Shown piece after piece: positions 1 through 10,777 of a stretch of DNA of 64,000 nt. Position 1 is the first letter of the stretch. Each line of letters opens with the position of its first letter. The notes beneath the pieces are model-generated. The model was given only the letters and a program-made list of their open reading frames with translations. It did no database searches and was not told the DNA's origin. The DNA lies in contig JAWVXD010000001.1 of NCBI GenBank assembly GCA_033723415.1, positions 160,001 to 224,000 of the forward strand, read 5' to 3'. The position numbers and the translations under genes were made by a program. The stretch is from Sulfurospirillaceae bacterium. Its GTDB lineage: Bacteria > Campylobacterota > Campylobacteria > Campylobacterales > Sulfurospirillaceae.

Positions 1-1113
1 TAATCTTTTTGTGATCTCGGAAAGGGGCATCAGAAATTTTAGTATTTCTTGATCTACTTCATCTATGTTTGAAAAATCTTTCTGTAGAAAAACATCTATC
101 TGGTCATAGTTATATCTTTTTTTAGAATTTATGACAGTATCTAAAAGTTCTTCTTTAAGAGGCTCAAGAGTATTTTTATCTAGAGTTATCTTAAAAGTAT
201 AAGCAAGTCTGTCTACATTGGGCTTTAATGAACATATATTTTCACTAAGTGTTCTTGGCAGCATTGGAATCGATTTATGAGGAAAATATATAGAAAAACC
301 TCTTTTCTTTGCTTCTTTATCAATGCTCCCCATCTCAAATACATACTCACTTACATCAGCAATCGCAACATAAAGTATATAGTTCTCTATATCAAAATAA
401 ATCGAGTCATCAAAATCCTTTGCATCAATAGGATCAATTGTACAAAATGGAAGATGTGTAAGATCAACTCTATCCGGGTATAATGATTTTTCTACTACAA
501 CCCCATGACTTAATGCTTCGGTTTCACTTTCCTTTGTAAAGAATTCATCTTTTTCATAAATTCCCAAAGCTATTTTTTCATCAACTTTAGGATCATCTAA
601 AACGCCTAGTATCTCTATGATATTATTTGTTGCATTGTCAATCTTTAGAACAGTATTTATAGGGAGTTGTTTAAGTGACTTTTGAGAAGCACTTATGTCA
701 CAAACTAAATCAGTACTTATGTTTATACCCATAATCCTATTATTGTGGGATTTTGTATAAACTATACTTGTATTATGTGCCCTTTGTAAAATCAAAACAA
801 CTTTGGCTTTGACTCTGGACCTTTTTTTTGAATGAAGCTGTTTTACAACGACTATATCACCTTTAGAAGCACCAAATAAATCTTTTGATTCAATAAGTAA
901 ATCTCTATTATCTTCACCCAATATACTTAGAAAGCCGGTACCGCTTGTGGCTATATCAATCGTTCCTATCTTAAATTTATTGTTTAATTTGTATGTGTTT
1001 TTATGCTTCTCCAAGGCCTTAATCTTAATAAGATTATTGATTAAAGGCTGAAATTCTTGAGTGATTTCAGTAGCATTTACTTCAGTACAAAGTTTGAGGA
1101 TAAACTCTTTCAA
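1..1113 (-). CDS. rnr: Ribonuclease R (5' part; runs off the window start)
   Basis: Absent from the ORF track; translated by hand. TTG at 1113 overlaps the HDOD stop and gives MKEFILKLCTEVNATEI...GTIDIATSGTGFL. The RNB catalytic motif PFCTIDPIDAKDFDDSI lies at ~400-450. Confidence 0.9.
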   Translation of the reverse strand, partial: MKEFILKLCTEVNATEITQEFQPLINNLIKIKALEKHKNTYKLNNKFKIGTIDIATSGTGFLSILGEDNRDLLIESKDLFGASKGDIVVVKQLHSKKRSRVKAKVVLILQRAHNTSIVYTKSHNNRIMGINISTDLVCDISASQKSLKQLPINTVLKIDNATNNIIEILGVLDDPKVDEKIALGIYEKDEFFTKESETEALSHGVVVEKSLYPDRVDLTHLPFCTIDPIDAKDFDDSIYFDIENYILYVAIADVSEYVFEMGSIDKEAKKRGFSIYFPHKSIPMLPRTLSENICSLKPNVDRLAYTFKITLDKNTLEPLKEELLDTVINSKKRYNYDQIDVFLQKDFSNIDEVDQEILKFLMPLSEITKRL

Positions 1114-1922
1114 ATTTCCAAATTCTCTATAGCGCTCAAGTATGTATTTATTTCTAGATCGTAATCTTGGATCAATCTCAATGCATCTTGTATCTGCTCT
1201 TCTTGTAGCGAGCCAAAAATATTTATAGAAGTTTTTACGACATGTAATGCTTTAGCAAATTTTTGCATATGCTCGCTTGCACTCAAAGGGTTGTTTGAGA
1301 ATTCAATTGCTTCGATTAATTCTGTTTCTAAATTCCATTTTTCAAATATTTTTGCGGTTATTTCCTCATTTGTAAAACCGGTAAATTCTTTTTCTATAAG
1401 TGACAATGCCATAAGATTTTCATTTCTTTCTATTTTCTTTTGAAATTCATCTACTAAATTTTGTTCTATTATCTCATGGGCAAGTATTAATTTTCCAACT
1501 TCCATCATAAAGGAAGCAGGCTGAAGTATATCTAACATACTTCTATCTATCTTTGTATACCATTTAAACATAAGGACGCTTTGTAGTGTGCTTATATTCA
1601 AAAATCTATCTTTGTCTATCTTATAAGGAGTAAGATCTATTTTTATATTATCTTTTATAGCGCTTGATAGTGCAAAACCTCTTATAGTTGCCATACCAAA
1701 AAGTGAAACAGCATGAGCAATACTTTTGATTTCTTTGCTAAAACCATAAAGTGGTGAATTTGCAGATTTTAGTATATTGGCAGTAAGCATTGGGTCTCTT
1801 TGAACAATTTTAACCAAATCTTGCATAGAACTGTCGGTATCTGAGCAGATCCTTTGTATCATCATAACCGTGTCATCTAATGGTGGAAGGGCTTTTATTT
1901 TTTGTAGTATCCCGCTATCCAT
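1110..1922 (-). CDS. HDOD domain signal-transduction protein
   Basis: LPPL...DPMLTANILKSANSPLYG...SIAHAVSLFG, the HDOD signature. Confidence 0.88.
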   Translation of the reverse strand: MDSGILQKIKALPPLDDTVMMIQRICSDTDSSMQDLVKIVQRDPMLTANILKSANSPLYGFSKEIKSIAHAVSLFGMATIRGFALSSAIKDNIKIDLTPYKIDKDRFLNISTLQSVLMFKWYTKIDRSMLDILQPASFMMEVGKLILAHEIIEQNLVDEFQKKIERNENLMALSLIEKEFTGFTNEEITAKIFEKWNLETELIEAIEFSNNPLSASEHMQKFAKALHVVKTSINIFGSLQEEQIQDALRLIQDYDLEINTYLSAIENLEI

Positions 1923-2059
1923 GTTTCGCCTTTTAATAAGATATAAGGCAATTCTACTATTTTGTATATTACAATTTGCTAAAGAAGCAAGAACCTGCTA
2001 TTATTATAGCTATAAAAGTTTGCTTTATCAGTTATCAAAATGTTTGTTTGGAGGAGAGC

Positions 2060-3346
2060 TTGTTGCATTTTTTACAACAGTTAACTGTGCTATATGTTGA
2101 AGATGAAAATCATATAAGAGAAGGGTACAGTAAGGTTTTAAAAAGACATTTTAAAGAAGTTTTTTGTGCGTCTGACGGTCTTGAAGGACTGGAAATGTAT
2201 AAACAATATTTGCCTGATATTGTTATAACTGATATAAGAATGCCAAATAAAAACGGTATAGAAATGGCAAAAGATATACTAAATATCACTCCTAAGCAGA
2301 TTATAGTGTTTACAACAGCCCATAGTGAATCCGAATACACTATGCAAGCATTGGAAATGCAAGTCTCAGGCTATATGTTGAAGCCTGTAGATAAAAATAA
2401 ACTAGTAGAAAAATTAAACAATTTAGCTGAGAATCTTCTTGCAAATAGAGAAAATATAAAACATCAAAAAGCTATACAAAGTATTTTAAATACACAATCA
2501 AATATTTTAATTTTGACTGATTTAGAAGATATTGAATTTGCTTCAAAATCTTTTTTTGACTTGTTCAATGTCACTAATAAAGAGGAATTTTCTCAAAAAT
2601 TTAAAAGATTTATTGATATTTTTTCTCCCTGCGATGATTGCTGCTGCATAAAATCTAAAAATGATTTTATAAAAAGTTATAAAGATAATGCAGAGTGCCA
2701 AAAAATCGTTTCTATTTCATATGACGGTCATGTAAAAAAATATCAAATCAAGATTGATACCGTCATGACAGAAAGCGAAGAGTTGTATGTTGTTTCTCTT
2801 TGGGACGTTACAAGTTTACATGAGGAGAAACTAAATGCAGAATTTAGAGCAGATTATGATGAATTGACAAAGGTGTACACTAGAGTTAAGTTCAATGATA
2901 TTTATGAAATAGAATTTTTGAGAGCACAAAGGTATCAAAGAGAATTTAGTTTGGCGATTTTAGATATTGATCATTTTAAAAGTATAAATGATCAATTTGG
3001 ACATTTGATAGGTGATGAAGTATTGCAAAAGTTTGCAAAATACTGCTTGGATAACTTAAGAAGTACTGATCTGTTCTTTAGATGGGGTGGTGAAGAATTT
3101 GTTTTAATATTAAGTGAAACCAGTCAAGAACAAGCCTCATTGGTATGTGAGAAGCTAAGGCGTGGTTTAACAGAATTAGAATTTCCTTTTGGGATTATAC
3201 TATCTATCAGTATCGGACTTAGCAGTATAAGAGAAAATGACTCTAAAAATGGCTTGTTCGAACGAGCAGACAAAGCTTTATTCAAGGCAAAACAATCAGG
3301 TAGAAACCAAGTTGTTGTAAGTGAAAAAACAAGGTATGCTAATTAA
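2060..3346 (+). CDS. Response regulator (REC)-GGDEF diguanylate cyclase
   Basis: REC motifs LYVEDE and ITDIRMP; C-terminal RSTD I-site plus GGEEF. Start moved to TTG 2060/2063 because GGAGG lies at 2050-2054. Confidence 0.88.
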   Translation: MLHFLQQLTVLYVEDENHIREGYSKVLKRHFKEVFCASDGLEGLEMYKQYLPDIVITDIRMPNKNGIEMAKDILNITPKQIIVFTTAHSESEYTMQALEMQVSGYMLKPVDKNKLVEKLNNLAENLLANRENIKHQKAIQSILNTQSNILILTDLEDIEFASKSFFDLFNVTNKEEFSQKFKRFIDIFSPCDDCCCIKSKNDFIKSYKDNAECQKIVSISYDGHVKKYQIKIDTVMTESEELYVVSLWDVTSLHEEKLNAEFRADYDELTKVYTRVKFNDIYEIEFLRAQRYQREFSLAILDIDHFKSINDQFGHLIGDEVLQKFAKYCLDNLRSTDLFFRWGGEEFVLILSETSQEQASLVCEKLRRGLTELEFPFGIILSISIGLSSIRENDSKNGLFERADKALFKAKQSGRNQVVVSEKTRYAN

Positions 3347-5549
3347 AATGTTGATAAAGAGTTTTCTCTATATCTGCATTTTCATAGTAAATACTTTTGC
3401 AACAAATATATTGATTCTAAACTCTTATGAAAACACTTTTGAGTGGACCAGATTACAAAGTTCCACTATTATAGAGAATATTCAAAAAGCCCGTATAGAC
3501 AAGACGGACATATTTGTAGAATATATGGATGCACAAGTTTTTAAAATAACTCCTCAAAGAGAAAAAAATATAATAACCTATCTGCAGGATAAATATAAAA
3601 ATAAGTTATTTGATATTGTTGTCACAACAGATGACAGTGCACTAAAATTTGTAAACAAAAATAAAGATATAAAAATCTTTAAAAATGCAAAAGTTTTTTT
3701 TTCCGGCGTACATGATCTCACTTTTGCTAAAGAACTTGATAAAAACTTATATGCCGGTATATTTGAAAAAGAGAATCCTCTTGCTAATTTAAAGATAGCA
3801 AAAGAAATAAACAAAAGATTAAAAATTGTTTATGTAGTCTTTGACGGTACAGTTACCTCATTGGAAAGAGTAAATCTGTATAAAAAAAAGTATGCAAATA
3901 TAAAAAAAATAAAATTTATTTATATGTATAACCAGGATATTGAAAAAATAATTCAGAAATTGAAAAATTATGATAAAAACTCTGTTATGATATTACAGAG
4001 TTTTTCAAATTTTACAAGAGCAAATAAACATATATCTTATGTAGAAACTGCTCAGATATTATCAAAGTATTATAAAAATCCAATGCTGGTAAATAAGGAT
4101 ATCTACGTAAATATCCCAGATACAAATATCATTGGCGGTGATTGTACCGATGGTGAGAAACAAGGATATGTCGTATCTCAAATGATTATAAAGTACCTAA
4201 ATGGCACTAAAATACAAAATTTGGGTTTTGATTTGAGTCATGGTAATAAATTTTATTTGAATGTTGAAAATTTAAAAAAGTTTGGTTTAAATGTTAATGA
4301 TTTCAATCAAGGCAATCCAAAACTGATAAATGAACTAACCTCATTTTATAATTTGCATTCAAATCTAATAGATCTATTTCTAGTTATATTATTGCTAGTC
4401 TCATTATTCTTGATAATTCTGACAAAGAAAAATATGGACCTCAAAAAATCTTTAGTTAATTTTCAAACATTAGCTGAAACTACATTTGGGGCTACTATTG
4501 TTATTAATTCAAAGTTTATAATCGAATATGCAAACCAAAGAGTTTTGGAGTTGACAGGATATACACATGATGAGATTATAGGTGCCAACGCTACAAAATT
4601 TATCCATAAAGATGATCAAAAAAAAGTTTTCAAAATGGCTAGAGAAGGTGATGAAAATCCTAAAGAGACAAAGCTTTTAAAAAAAGATCAAAACTTTTTT
4701 TATGCACTTTTGAGAAGTAAGAGAATAAAGCTTGACAAAAAATATTTTGCGATCGTAAGTGCTATAGATATAACAAATATCAAAATTCAAGAACAAAAAA
4801 TAACACAAATGAATGAAAATTTAAAAATAGAGATAAAAAATGCGTTGGAAGAAAATACTAAACAACTAGAGTTTATCCAAGAACAGAGTAAATTGGCATC
4901 TATGGGTGAGATGATAGGATCAATCGCCCATCAATGGAGACAGCCTTTGAATGCATTAAATATAAATATACAGAACCTAGATGATGATTACGATGAAGGA
5001 TTGATTGACAAAAAATTCATTGATGACTTTATATATAAAAATAGAAAGATCATTGAATTTATGGACAAAACCATAGATGATTTTAGAAATTTCTTTAAAA
5101 TTGACAAAGAAAAGACAGATTTTAGCGTGATGAAAGTCATAAATGAAGTTATTAATATGGAATTAAATCACTTAAAAAACAACCAAATAAAAATAGTATT
5201 GACTGGAGAAGATTTAAATATTCACGGCTTTGAAAATGAATTTAAACAAGTTATGTTAAATTTGCTGAGCAATGCAAAAGATGCAATAATGGGACAAAAT
5301 ATAGATGATGGAAAGATCGAGATCATTTTGAAGGATAGGACAATTTCAGTCAAGGATAATGGAGGAGGGATAACGGAGCGTGCTATGGGAAGGATATTTG
5401 AACCATATTTTACTACAAAAGAACAAGGTTCTGGAACAGGGATCGGTTTATATATGTCTAAAACTATCATAGAAAAAAACATGGGTTGGACTCTGAGAGC
5501 GGAAAATATAGATGATGGTGCATTATTTGAGATTATTACGCAAGATTAA
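3336..5549 (+). CDS. Membrane sensor histidine kinase (ABC-substrate-binding-like periplasmic domain, PAS, HisKA, HATPase)
   Basis: N-terminal signal/TM, ILILNSY...EYMD periplasmic domain, second TM, PAS (YANQRVLELTGY), H-box IAHQWRQPL, N/G boxes NAKDA, DNGGG, GTGIGL. Start uncertain (3321/3336/3348). Confidence 0.88.
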   Translation: MLIKMLIKSFLYICIFIVNTFATNILILNSYENTFEWTRLQSSTIIENIQKARIDKTDIFVEYMDAQVFKITPQREKNIITYLQDKYKNKLFDIVVTTDDSALKFVNKNKDIKIFKNAKVFFSGVHDLTFAKELDKNLYAGIFEKENPLANLKIAKEINKRLKIVYVVFDGTVTSLERVNLYKKKYANIKKIKFIYMYNQDIEKIIQKLKNYDKNSVMILQSFSNFTRANKHISYVETAQILSKYYKNPMLVNKDIYVNIPDTNIIGGDCTDGEKQGYVVSQMIIKYLNGTKIQNLGFDLSHGNKFYLNVENLKKFGLNVNDFNQGNPKLINELTSFYNLHSNLIDLFLVILLLVSLFLIILTKKNMDLKKSLVNFQTLAETTFGATIVINSKFIIEYANQRVLELTGYTHDEIIGANATKFIHKDDQKKVFKMAREGDENPKETKLLKKDQNFFYALLRSKRIKLDKKYFAIVSAIDITNIKIQEQKITQMNENLKIEIKNALEENTKQLEFIQEQSKLASMGEMIGSIAHQWRQPLNALNINIQNLDDDYDEGLIDKKFIDDFIYKNRKIIEFMDKTIDDFRNFFKIDKEKTDFSVMKVINEVINMELNHLKNNQIKIVLTGEDLNIHGFENEFKQVMLNLLSNAKDAIMGQNIDDGKIEIILKDRTISVKDNGGGITERAMGRIFEPYFTTKEQGSGTGIGLYMSKTIIEKNMGWTLRAENIDDGALFEIITQD

Positions 5550-5588
5550 AGTTTTTTTAGATAAAATAATCTAACTTAAAATTTTTAA

Positions 5589-6623
<1,035 letters not shown>

Positions 6624-6630
6624 CAAAAAT

Positions 6631-6667
6631 ACATCGGGCAAAAGTATCTTCTTACTGCCCGATGTTT
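6631..6667 (+). terminator. Stem-loop after ilvC (terminator or stabiliser)
   Basis: ACATCGGGCA (6631-6640) / TGCCCGATGT (6656-6665), perfect 10-bp inverted repeat with only a short T run. Confidence 0.6.
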
Positions 6668-6689
6668 CAAACCAATACAAAGATTATTT

Positions 6690-7790
6690 TTGACAAGAAA
6701 AAAGAAAAAACACCCAAGAACCAAAAAAAATATTTCTAGAAAAAAAACTGTTACAAAAAACAGACTTTTTTATATTGCTACTATTTCCGTACTGCTATTT
6801 TTAGGATTTGTTTTTTATAAATATGCTTATTTGCCTTCTCAAAAACATCAAGTTTCAAATGTTTCTGTTCAAAATGAAAAATCAACAAAAGAGTTGATGG
6901 ATAAGATGAAACATATGTTAGAGGTCGAAAATAAAAGAGTGAGAGAAGAGATAAATGCTAGTAAACGTAAGGAACCTGTAGTTGAAAAACCTATAAAGCA
7001 GATTGAAAAAATCATAGCATCTAAAAAAGAAGTTAAGACGCAAGACGATTCTAGTAAACAGCATTATCTATCTGAAGCGCAAGACTTCAAGAAAAATTCG
7101 AAACAAGAAGAAGCAAATGTAACTACTGAAAAGAGTGTAAAATACAAAGGAATGCCAAGACTGGCCATAATTATTGATGATGTATCATTTCCTCATGAAG
7201 TTAAGAGGATACAAGAGATACCATACAAAGTAACACCCTCATTCTTTCCACCTACAAAAGTACATCCTGAAACTGTAAAGCTCTCAAATGAGTTTTCTAT
7301 TTGTATGCTACATTTGCCCTTGGAAGCAATGAGCTATCCTCATCCCGAACCACAAACGCTTTTAGCATCTGATTCAAGGGATACGATCTACAAAAGAATT
7401 AAATCACTAAAGAGTGAATTTCCTCATATAAAATATTATAACAATCATACAGGAAGTAAGTTTACAGCAGATGAGCAGGCTATGGAAAAGCTTATATCAG
7501 TCATGCATGGTTTTGGATTGCATTTTGTGGATAGCAGAACAACAGCAGCCACAAAAGCGAAAGAAGTTTCTAAAAAACTTCACTTAAAACTTATTTCAAG
7601 AGATATATTTTTAGACAATACAACAAATCCAAAAGACATAATCTCTCAATTGAAAAAAGCTGTAGAAATTGCAAAGAAAAGAGGTTACGCTGTTGCTATA
7701 GGACATCCTCATAAGAATACATTGAAAGTTTTAATAGGTGCCAAAAAATATTTAAGAGGCGTCCGGATGGTTTATATTAATGAGATATAG
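6690..7790 (+). CDS. Divergent polysaccharide deacetylase family protein
   Basis: N-terminal TM; LAIIIDD, MLHLPLE, NNHTGS, FVDSRT, RDIFLD, AIGHP motifs. Confidence 0.9.
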   Translation: MTRKKKKHPRTKKNISRKKTVTKNRLFYIATISVLLFLGFVFYKYAYLPSQKHQVSNVSVQNEKSTKELMDKMKHMLEVENKRVREEINASKRKEPVVEKPIKQIEKIIASKKEVKTQDDSSKQHYLSEAQDFKKNSKQEEANVTTEKSVKYKGMPRLAIIIDDVSFPHEVKRIQEIPYKVTPSFFPPTKVHPETVKLSNEFSICMLHLPLEAMSYPHPEPQTLLASDSRDTIYKRIKSLKSEFPHIKYYNNHTGSKFTADEQAMEKLISVMHGFGLHFVDSRTTAATKAKEVSKKLHLKLISRDIFLDNTTNPKDIISQLKKAVEIAKKRGYAVAIGHPHKNTLKVLIGAKKYLRGVRMVYINEI

Positions 7791-8552
7791 ATGCAAAAAG
7801 TAAAAGAAATTCCACAATGTTTTGAAATTCTTAAAAATAAACCAAAAGATTTATATTATGAAGGTAATTTATCTCTTATGAATATGCCTATGGTTGCAAT
7901 AGTCGGCACAAGGCACCCTATATCATATACTAAACAACTTTGCCTTAATCTAGGAAATGCTTTAAAAAAAAGAGGAGTGTGTGTAGTTAGCGGCGCAGCC
8001 ATGGGAGTTGATGCACTGGCACATAGATCAGCCTTCCCAAATACTATAGCTGTCATGGCAAACTCACTTGATATCTGCTATCCAAAAGTAAATTTTTCTC
8101 TTATAGAAGATATGAGAAGAGAGTCATTGCTTTTAAGTGAATATGAAGAAAATACAAAAGCAACAAATTATAGTTTTGTTTTGAGGAATAGATTAGTTGT
8201 TGCACTAGGAGAGGTTCTAGTCGTTGCAGAGGCAGATTTGGACAGTGGATCTATGAGAAGTGCTGAAATAGCTCATCAACTTGGTAAGAAGATATTTGTT
8301 TTTCCTCATAGGTCAGGTGAAAGTTTAGGAACAAATATGCTTCTTTCAAAAGGTATGGCTACGGCAATATATGACATAGATGATTTTGCTGATAAATTTG
8401 GCAAAATTATTGAAACGAGTGATAAATTTTTGGATTTTTGTAAAGAAAATGAAAATATTCAAGATATACTTGAAAAATTCGGTGATATGGTTTATGAGTA
8501 TGAATTGGCAGGAAAGATAGAAATTCATGATATGAAGGTTTTAGTACTTTGA
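7791..8552 (+). CDS. dprA: DNA-processing protein DprA
   Basis: VAIVGTR, VVSGAAMGVDALAH, FVLRNRLV, EADLDSGS. Confidence 0.93.
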   Translation: MQKVKEIPQCFEILKNKPKDLYYEGNLSLMNMPMVAIVGTRHPISYTKQLCLNLGNALKKRGVCVVSGAAMGVDALAHRSAFPNTIAVMANSLDICYPKVNFSLIEDMRRESLLLSEYEENTKATNYSFVLRNRLVVALGEVLVVAEADLDSGSMRSAEIAHQLGKKIFVFPHRSGESLGTNMLLSKGMATAIYDIDDFADKFGKIIETSDKFLDFCKENENIQDILEKFGDMVYEYELAGKIEIHDMKVLVL

Positions 8553-8944
8553 AGATAGCTAGCTTAGATATAGGGTTAAAAAGAATAGGAATTGCTATAA
8601 GTTTTGATAAAAAAATTGTTATTCCTCAAGATCCAATTTTTAGAAAAAATCGCATTCAAGCATCAAGGGATGTAGATAAGTTTCTGAACGATTGGGATAT
8701 AGATATACTAGTTGTAGGAGTCCCAAAATCTGGAAGCAGTGCAGAAGAAATGGAAAGAAGAATAAAGCATTTTTTATCTCTTCTTGAGTTTAAAAACAAG
8801 ATATACTTTCAAGATGAATATGGTACCAGCGTAGAAGCAAAAGAGATGATGAAAGGCATAAGTAAACAAAAAAAAGATGGAAAAATTGATTCGCTTGCTG
8901 CTAAATTAATTTTAGAAAGATGGTTATCTCAAAATAGTATTTGA
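8549..8944 (+). CDS. ruvX: Holliday junction resolvase-like protein RuvX/YqgF
   Basis: SLDIGLKRIGIA, VVGVP, QDEYGTS, IDSLAAKLILE. Confidence 0.92.
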   Translation: MKIASLDIGLKRIGIAISFDKKIVIPQDPIFRKNRIQASRDVDKFLNDWDIDILVVGVPKSGSSAEEMERRIKHFLSLLEFKNKIYFQDEYGTSVEAKEMMKGISKQKKDGKIDSLAAKLILERWLSQNSI

Positions 8945-9703
8945 CTATTACTATCGTTTTTTTTCAAAATTAGCAAAAATATACCTATGTAACAGATAAA
9001 CAATTTGACTATTGATACCTTGTGAAATTTGCATCTTTACTACATTACTCAAACAGATATAGGAATTTTATAACTCGACAAATGAAATATAATCAGATAA
9101 ATTAATAATGTTGATGATGAATTATCTATAGAAAATATTTATTTTTCCCTTTATCTTTTGATAAAAATATTATCAAATATATGTTCTTTTTATATATAAA
9201 TTTTGGATAAAATGATCTTAATAAATTACTGTTTTTGTTCTTGAAAAATACATTATCTAGAATTAAAATTCTCCAAATTTAAGCATGTTTTATATATAAA
9301 TACTTAGAAAATATTATATAAAAAAATATAAAAAATAGTGTTTTATATATAGGCTATTTTCTCCAAATATATCATTGATAAAAATTTTAATCTTTTATTT
9401 GTATTAAATTTAAAATTATTGAGTCATTCTTCTTGTATTAGTTACCTATAGTAACATCAAATTTATTTGTTTATATTTTATTTAAAAAAATGCTTTCTGG
9501 TGATAGGTTATAAATCTGCTGCCTTTTAATGCCTATGAAATGAACGTTAACGCCCAAAATAGCCTAAACTATATCAATCAAAAATAGAATAAAAAATAGA
9601 CAATCATATAAAAATAGTTAATATCTATTTAAGATTAATTATCTACCATAGGAGGGATGTGTGTAAACACAATTTCAAAAATCTTAACACTTAAGGAGAG
9701 AGA

Positions 9704-10726
9704 ATGAAGTCAATTACTGGAGGATTAAAAATCTTTATTTTTAGTTGTTTGTTATTTTTAACTGCTACAGCTATGCAGGCAGATACTTGGAAGTACGCTT
9801 TGGGAGAAGGACTTAATGATCCTCAAGGATTGTATGCAACAAAATTCAAAGAGGTTATTGAGCAAAACTCTAATCATAAAATAAAGATCTATCCTGTCGG
9901 TACTCTTGGAGAAGAGAGCGATATAATGGAGCAAGTACAAGCAGGTTTGTTACAATTTGTTGGCCAATCGACAGGATATATGGGTGGAACAATACCGGAA
10001 ATGGATGTATTCTTTGTTCCTTACTTGATGCCTGACAATCCAAAACATCTCGGTAAGTTTTTCAAAGATTCTGTAGCTATTAACAAAATGTTCCCAAAAA
10101 TTTTTAGAAAACACAACCTTGAACTCTTGGGTATGTTCCCAGAAGGTGAACAAGCGGTTACAACCATGAAGGAGTTTCATTCACCTGCGGATCTTAAAGG
10201 AAAGAAAATAAGAGTTATGCCAGGTTCTCCTTTGCTAGTCGATACTTATAAAGCTTTTGGGGCTTCTCCTGTTCCTATGAGTTGGGGAGATTTGATTGGT
10301 TCTTTGAAAACTCACATGGTTGATGGACAAGAGAATCCGACTATTTGGATTGCTGCTTATGGACTAGATAAATTGACAAAGGTTTTGACATATATGGGAC
10401 ACAATCAATTTACAGCAACAGCCGTGGCAAATGAGAAGTTTTTCAATAGTTTAAGTGCAAAAGACAAAAAGCTTGTAAAACATGCTTCAGCCGTTGCATT
10501 AAATTATATACTAAAAGAAGCACAAGATTTGGATGCTTTAGGTTTGGGTAGAATTATACGCTCTAATCCAACTTACAAAATCGTAACTTTGACAAAAAAA
10601 GAAAGAGCTGTTTTCAAGAAAAGAGCTTCAAAAGTTGAAGACGCTTTTATAAAAGAAGCCGGTAAAAGCGGAGCTGCTATACTTAAACAAATGAAAATTG
10701 ACCTAAAAAATGCTGAGACAAAATAA
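9704..10726 (+). CDS. teaA: TRAP transporter substrate-binding protein, TeaA/UehA (ectoine/hydroxyectoine)-like
   Basis: Signal peptide; DctP motifs KKIRVM and DGQENP. Segments DIMEQVQAGLLQFV, PYLMP, AINKMFP, MFPEGE closely resemble Halomonas TeaA as I recall it. Upstream of doeA. Confidence 0.85.
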   Translation: MKSITGGLKIFIFSCLLFLTATAMQADTWKYALGEGLNDPQGLYATKFKEVIEQNSNHKIKIYPVGTLGEESDIMEQVQAGLLQFVGQSTGYMGGTIPEMDVFFVPYLMPDNPKHLGKFFKDSVAINKMFPKIFRKHNLELLGMFPEGEQAVTTMKEFHSPADLKGKKIRVMPGSPLLVDTYKAFGASPVPMSWGDLIGSLKTHMVDGQENPTIWIAAYGLDKLTKVLTYMGHNQFTATAVANEKFFNSLSAKDKKLVKHASAVALNYILKEAQDLDALGLGRIIRSNPTYKIVTLTKKERAVFKKRASKVEDAFIKEAGKSGAAILKQMKIDLKNAETK

Positions 10727-10732
10727 TCTCAT

Positions 10733-10761
10733 TCACGATAGCCAGATATTGGCTATCGTGA
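10733..10761 (+). other. Intercistronic perfect 12-bp hairpin between teaA and teaB
   Basis: TCACGATAGCCA-GATAT-TGGCTATCGTGA, no downstream U-tract. Confidence 0.75.
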
Positions 10762-10777
10762 GATAAAAAGGAACTTT

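Noticed and set aside
277..483. 68-aa plus-strand ORF and the other short antisense/overlapping ORFs in the track
   Set aside because: They overlap well-supported genes (here rnr on the minus strand) and show no motifs.
8945..9703. CRISPR array, oriC or IS remnant in the long spacer
   Set aside because: No regularly spaced repeats, DnaA-box cluster, terminal inverted repeats or transposase fragment visible.
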